From Eledone cirrhosa (lineage: Eukaryota): DNA of 64,000 nucleotides. Position 1 is the stretch's first letter. Every line of letters starts with the position of its first letter. Under the pieces are notes generated by a model. The model saw only the letters and a program-made list of their open reading frames with translations, had not been told where the DNA came from and searched no databases. Location of the stretch: positions 205,840,001 through 205,904,000 of the forward strand of contig OZ024742.1 in assembly GCA_964016885.1 (NCBI GenBank). The letters run 5' to 3'. A program made the translations under genes and the position numbers. This document shows, one piece after another, positions 57,925 through 64,000 of this stretch.

Positions 57925-60900
57925 ATTTTGTTTAGCTCAGTTCTTTCTCTCTATTGCTAGGTTCAGGCTTTGAACCTAGGGCAATAGATGTTTTCATTGT
58001 AGAGAGAGAACTCGTCTGAGAATGTGTGCTGTTCCTAGTAGCCCAGTCTTCTGTAGCTCATATTTGCTTATCTTGCAGGGAAGGACGCTAAGGTACAGGT
58101 CTGAGGATTTGGGTATTAATCCTAATGGTCCTATTACCACAGGGATAATGTTTGTGGTCATCCTCCACATGTGGTTGATCTCTATTTACAGGTCTTTGCA
58201 TTTTGACAGTTTTTCCATTGTTTTTACAGATGTATTCTTGTCAGCTGGTCAGGAAATATCTATAAGGCTACATGTCCAATATGTTTATTTTTTTATGATG
58301 ATATCTGGCCTGTTGGCAGCGATTTCTCAGTCGGTTATCACAGGCATATGCCACAAGATGGATATGTTGCCCTTTTCCATGACTGTTTTTGGTTCATGTT
58401 CATACCATTTGTTAGAAGTTTGGATATCATGAGAGTGGCAGAGCATCTAGTGCACATATTTGGCAATACGGTTGTATATAGTCAATTTTTGCCAACACTG
58501 GACACCCAGAGATAACATGATCTACCGTTTCTTCATGTTTGTAGCATATTCTGCATAGAGGGTTAATCCCATCTTTCACTATTCTGTGTCTATAGGTCCA
58601 AGTGTTTAGAGATTCATTTTGTGCAGCAACTAAGAGTCATTGTCAGAAAGTCATTCTGAGAATCTACCATGTAGTGGTTTTGTCTTCCATTCAGTTCCTC
58701 TGTTTGAAGTTTCTTTGCTTTGATCTTCACAGTCATGGCTAGCTGTGCAGCACTTTGTTGTTGATTTTCAATGGGTATGTCCTGTTCCATGTTCAGGTTT
58801 TGCCTAAATTTTCTTGCATCTTTTGTTATTGAGTGTAGTTTCTTAATTTGTTCATGTTTGAGTACAGGCATAAGGAGTTCATCTCGGGTGTGGTGGAAGT
58901 AGCTATCCAATCCAATGGTTTCTGTTTTGTATGCAGCTTCCAGTTGTCGGAGCCCCCTTCCACCTTCTCTCCTTGAGATATACGACTTATGTACATTGGC
59001 TTTAGCATGGTGCATTTTTTCCATTGTCAATAGTTTCCTTGTCTTAGTGTCCAACCTTTGTGGTTCTTGCAGGCTCCCGTTTATGATGTTAAAGCTGAAT
59101 GTTACAACTGGTACTGCTAGACAGTTAATGTTTTGAACTCGTTGCAAGAGTTTAGCTCACCTTTTGTTACCAGTCTCACTCTCCTTATGTACTCCTTCTA
59201 TATCTTTTCCTTTATACTCTCATGCTGGATTCCATCTCCTTCATTAACTCCAAGATAATTGTAGAACTCTTCATTGTTAAGTTCCTTTATGGTAGTGTGT
59301 TGGTCTATGACAATATCTTTATGGTTAGAGAGCAACCCTCTCTTGAATGTGGCTTTTGCACACTTGTCCAGTTCAAATTCCATATGGATGTCATCACTGA
59401 ATTGTTTCACTGTATGCAATAAACATTTCTGCTGCCCATCATTGTTTCCAAATAGCTTGATATCATTCATATAAAGAAGGTGACTCTAGTGTCTGTTGTC
59501 TATTTTATATCCATAGCCTGTCCTCCGCAGTAACTGACTTAATGGAGCAAGTGACATACAGAACAGTAAACGAGACAATGAGTTGCCTTGGCATATTCCA
59601 CAATTAATATAGATCTAGATTCCAGTGGTCCCTTGTGGTGTTGAAAGACCATCATAGTTTTCCAGTCTGTCATCATTGCCTTCAGGAAAGTTGTTATCTC
59701 CGGTTTTATGTGATACATTTCTAGTGTCTTTATGATCCATGAATGAGGTATGCTGTCAAATGCCTTCTTGTAATCTATCCAGGCCATTGACAGGCTTTTC
59801 TTTTTGTTAGCAGTTTTCTATTATGAGTCTATTTATCAATAGCTGATCTTTGCACCCATAACTCCCTCATTTTGTTCAGGTGGCAATAGATCTCCACAGA
59901 TGAGGTAATTGTAGACACTGTTGGTAATCACTGATATGTGGGCTTTGTACATCGTTGGGAGACATGTAACTGGTCTGTAGTTTTGGGGATTTTCTGTGCA
60001 TTCATTCTTCGGTAGAAGGTATGTTATGCCAGTTGCCATCCACTTTGGGACCTCTCTTGGGTTTGTTATAATCCTGGAGAATTCAGTAGTCAAGGCTTCA
60101 TGGAGCACATCCAGATGTTTCAGCCAGAAATTCTGCACGCCATCTCTGCCCAATGATTTCCAATTTCCAACATTGCTGACTGCTGTTTTTATTTCCTGTG
60201 GGGTGATCTCATTCCATTTCTGGGTGCAAGCAGATATTTCAAATTGTTCCAGCCATGTGGCATTGGAGTTGTGGTCTTGAGCTTTTTCCTAACTATTTGC
60301 CCAAAAGTGTTCAACCTCATCAAGCTAAAGTGGTTGCCTTATTTCAATATTTTTCTTACCTAACTCTCTGTAAAATCTTTTGGTAACTTTGGCAAAGATT
60401 TTGTTTTGTTTAAAGAAGTTAGCTCTTTTTTGCATCTTAGTCTCTGCACCTTTGCCTGTATCTTTTGCTTGATGGATTCAGCAGTTTCTTTTCAGTCTGC
60501 TTCCTCGTTGGCCTTGTATTTCTTCCTCAGCCTAAAAAGCTTTTGGTGGTTGATGTCAGTTCTCCTATCTATTTTGGATATGAGAGCAACATCTCCCCTC
60601 AACTCTGTAATTTTGTTCTCCAGCTGTATCGGCCATTTTTGTATTCCCTTTGTGTTTATTTTCCCTGTTCATATTTTGGACTGCAGCTTGCCAGCAATCA
60701 TAGTTGCAGTGGCATATAGCAGCTGATTAATCTCATCAAGTGTCAGTGGTTTTCCGTGTTCGCCTCAGATTACTATTAGTGCTTTGTTAGCTAGGTTGAC
60801 CTTCTTCTTTTGCTGATGCGTGACTTTGGGCACTTTCTGGAGTTTTGTCCGATCTATCAAGTCCTGTATTTTCAGAATCTTCCACACACAGAATATCTTC

Positions 60901-61630
60901 CTTCATTGTCCAGACAGCAGCATCAACCAGTGAGCCATCACCTACATGTTCACGACCAGGGAGGTTCTCATCTATGGTAGTTTCAGTAATACTCTCACCT
61001 TCTGCTGCTTCTGTTGTATGCAGGTCTCCTTCTTGACTGGGGTCGTTATGTTGTTCACTTATCTCTGCTTTGATGGTTTTCAGTTCTGATTCAGTGAGAG
61101 TTTTGCATCACATAATGTCTCTTGATACATTAGCTAACTTATTCATGTCTATGTGTTCTCTGGAGTTAGAGTTGGAATTCCTCCAGATTCTATAAGTGTC
61201 TTGTGTTGACGAGTTCTCTCTTGGAAACAGGATGACAGTATAGTATGCAGCCATCACTGCTTTGTATTCCTCCCTGGTCCATGTTTGTCGTGGTTTTTTA
61301 TCATGTAACTTGGTGTTGTCATCCTGTGGCTTATTGTGAGGTCTGTCCTCAGTATGAGGGTCACTGCAGGGAGTATGAGAGAGAGGCTTGTTCCATTTGT
61401 TGATTTTTCAACCTCGGTGTGGATCCTTGCCGAGGGACATGGTCCTTAGTGATCTGCGTGATGATCGATGCAGTATGATTTACTTCTTGTTTGAACCATC
61501 ATGTTGTTAAGGAGTTAGTTTTCTGTCTGGGTACTCTCCCACAGCCGCTGATCCTACTATGGGTCTAGCCCATGCACCAGTGGGGTTCATGATCCAATGA
61601 CGTGCTCAGACATTTTCAACAGTCTGACAG
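57925..61630 (-). mobile_element. Near-full-length degenerate R4/Dong-clade element #3
   Basis: N-terminal RQTWTREEYKAVMAAYY (Myb-like), DGVQNFWLK, NYRPVTCL, WIDYKKAFDSIPH, MNDIKLF, GGRGL, CRIC...HV.SGC, ANRPDI and IDI. The 3' end runs into a (TAA)n-like tract at 57835-57915. ATG at about 61502. Confidence 0.9.
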
Positions 61631-61779
61631 GTATCATCTAGATTATCGTGCCAATGTGGACATGGACAAACTGAATCACGTCATCCAGATCATATCTAGA
61701 TAGGTTATTTTGTAGGGAAATAGATAGGTCTAGCATGGGCTGTCCACAATTTAAGATAGTCAACTACAGAGACCACAAA

Positions 61780-62930
61780 TTTGTGAACTGTGTGGTCAAC
61801 TTAGAAAGGCTTCATAGACCGGGACCTGGTTAAATTGCTATGGGTCTGGTTTGTTCTGAACCTCCAGGTGGACAAAAACTGGAATGAGATGACAAGCAGG
61901 GTGGCTTCTCTCACCGAGAGAAGCTATCCTCGAAAGGTCAAGAGGAGGTGGCGAATGCGTACATCGCGTCTGTCATCTACTACTGCCTGACCATCGTGCC
62001 TTGTCCTCAGCCTCGCCTGACTGTGTTGGAGCATTTGCTCTTTTGCTTTTTGTAGAAGAGATATGCTCCGATAGTCAGGCAGTCCAGCTGCTGTCAACAC
62101 TTGCTATGCTGAGCGCTGGGCATGCCATGACTCATGATGCAAAGACATGCGCTCAGTCTACGGCATCTCCATCTCATCCTTGATGGTGAACAGGTGTGGT
62201 TGCCGTTTGCTAGACGCGTTTTCCCCAGCTCGTCTTCTTGAAAGAGTTGCAGACCTGGGTCAAGCGAAGACCAAGAGGGAATGGTTTGGAGACTGGAATG
62301 TGTTCAGGTGCTCACAGCCCTCGACCAATCAGGTGATGCAATCAGTGGAAACTCCGCCTTGGCGTTCTATAGAGGGTTAGTGGAGGGAAAGAGTGACAAC
62401 ATCATTGGGAAACTCTGGGCATTGACAAAAATCAACTGACTAATCTCTTTGGGAGAACTTTTAGGCCGGGGCCCATGGACAACTTCCAGAAATCCTTGGC
62501 TTGGCAGTGCTACCGGGGAGCTTTGCCAGTTCGGGATAAACTCTACAGGCATGTAAGTGCTGTCAGCCAGGCTTGTCTGAGATGCACGAAACCATCCTGC
62601 ACGCACTCGTCCAGTGTCCGAGCATTGCTGATTTGTGGGTTTATGTCGAACACCTGCTGTTGCCTGTAGAATGGATCTGGCTATCAGCTGAGTCCATAGT
62701 GAGGATTGCCTCGCTGCTTTCCTTTAGCCGCAAAGGGCATGCAGTTTTTATCTGCCTGGTGGCCATGGCAAGCGAGGTCATGTGGTGGATGCTCTGATTA
62801 ACTTTTTCATTTGAAAAGGAAAATCAAGGTGGAGAGGAAGTGCTCTCTTCCCAGCAATTTGTTGAAAGATGGGTGAAAGAGGCAAGCATGGCCAGAGTGA
62901 ATGGGCCTGCTCTGAATATGTGCCTGTAGA
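61780..62930 (+). mobile_element. L1/Tx1-clade LINE 3' fragment (post-RT region and zf-RVT)
   Basis: NWNE...LS.KG..EVANAYIASVIYY, AWQCYRGALPV.DKL and C.RC...ETILHALVQCP, all frameshifted. Confidence 0.7.
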
Positions 62931-63629
62931 TTGGAGGTGAGAAACTGGGAGAGGGCACTTGCCCTGGTGGTCAGTGTCACTGTGGCTTTTTTAATGGTTT
63001 TTTTTCCATGAGTAACCCTCAGAGGTCTCCCTCCTATTGGGGAATTTTCCTTTGTTTAATTTTTTTTGTTACATACTTTGTTTTTTATATGTATATGTTT
63101 ATACGCAGAAACGCCCATTTGTACTATCCTGTGCCGTCCTGTGCTGTCTTTAATGTTATACTTTATGTCTCTGTTTGTCTCTAAAATTTAATTTTTGATT
63201 ATTGGATTTTTGCCTTGTGTTAAATGTTCTACACATTTTTTAAGCTATATTGTACATACATGAAGTATGTGTTGTTCACAAAGACCAGAAAAATGTGATA
63301 AATATCAAAAATTCCCACAAGGGGCTGGTGTGATTTTAAACAAGTGTTTTAAGTGATATCTCACATATAATCCAAAGGAAAACAGTAAAATTTTCTAAAT
63401 ATTTTGAAAGGTACCAGTTTATCTTTAATGGAACCAAAACTTTTCAGATAGTGAGGGGAAAGTATTCCACCATTATTTTCCATGGTGAGAAATAGACTAA
63501 ATAATCATTCTACATTTCTGTTCTACTTTTATTAATGAAAGCCATTGTATTAGTTGTTGCTGTTGTTGTTTCCTTTATAAACAGGGGCATGTTTCAGTTT
63601 TCAAAGCAATAATGGAAAATGCCATAATA

Positions 63630-64000
63630 ATAATAATTGTTTCTACTTTTTGGCACAAGACCAGCAATTACCCAGTGCATTACTGGTACTTTATTTTATC
63701 GACCCCGTAAGGATGAAAGGCAAAGTTAACCTTGGCGGGATTTGAACTCAGACCATAAAGGGGCATAACTCTATGCTGCAAAGCATGGCATCTGACCCTC
63801 TACCGATACTGCCAATCCACCTGTTTCTACATTTGGCACAAAGCCAGTAATTACCCCAGTGCATTACTGGGACTTTATTTTATCAACCCCGTAAGGATGA
63901 AAGGCAAAGTTAACCTCAGCGGGATTTGAACTCAGAATGTAAAGGAATAATAATTGGTTCTACTTTTGGCACAAGGCCAGCAATTATCTCAGTGTATTAC
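63630..64000 (-). mobile_element. Tandem array of three SINE family A copies (last one cut by the window edge)
   Basis: TTTCTAC.TTTGGCACAA...GATGAAAGGCAAAGTTAACC repeats head-to-tail. Confidence 0.88.

Overview
This is an AT-rich eukaryotic window made almost entirely of repeats. The microsatellite load and SINE/LINE repertoire resemble an octopus-type cephalopod genome, which is an inference and not a database match. No intact host protein-coding gene could be supported. It contains two Ty3/Gypsy elements (an integrase end with a probable 3' LTR, and a decayed near-full-length copy at 19.6-24.4 kb), Helitron-type elements including an STPR-like 23-aa repeat pseudogene, and a Vingi-like LINE. 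It also holds three R4/Dong-type RLE LINEs, RTE and Tx1 fragments, a DD37D (maT) transposon with TIRs, MITEs and many tRNA-derived SINEs. The most striking structure is a recurring class of non-coding inserts bounded by (TA)n/(CA)n tracts, each with a long inverted duplication (17.0, 17.9, 18.2-19.5, 24.9-28.4 and 55.9-56.5 kb). Two of these carry a recognisable type-I hammerhead ribozyme, and one encloses a Penelope/Naiad-type GIY-YIG endonuclease ORF with no RT domain. The second Gypsy has an unusually long (~41 nt) tRNA-Trp primer-binding site. All motif and family calls were made by eye.
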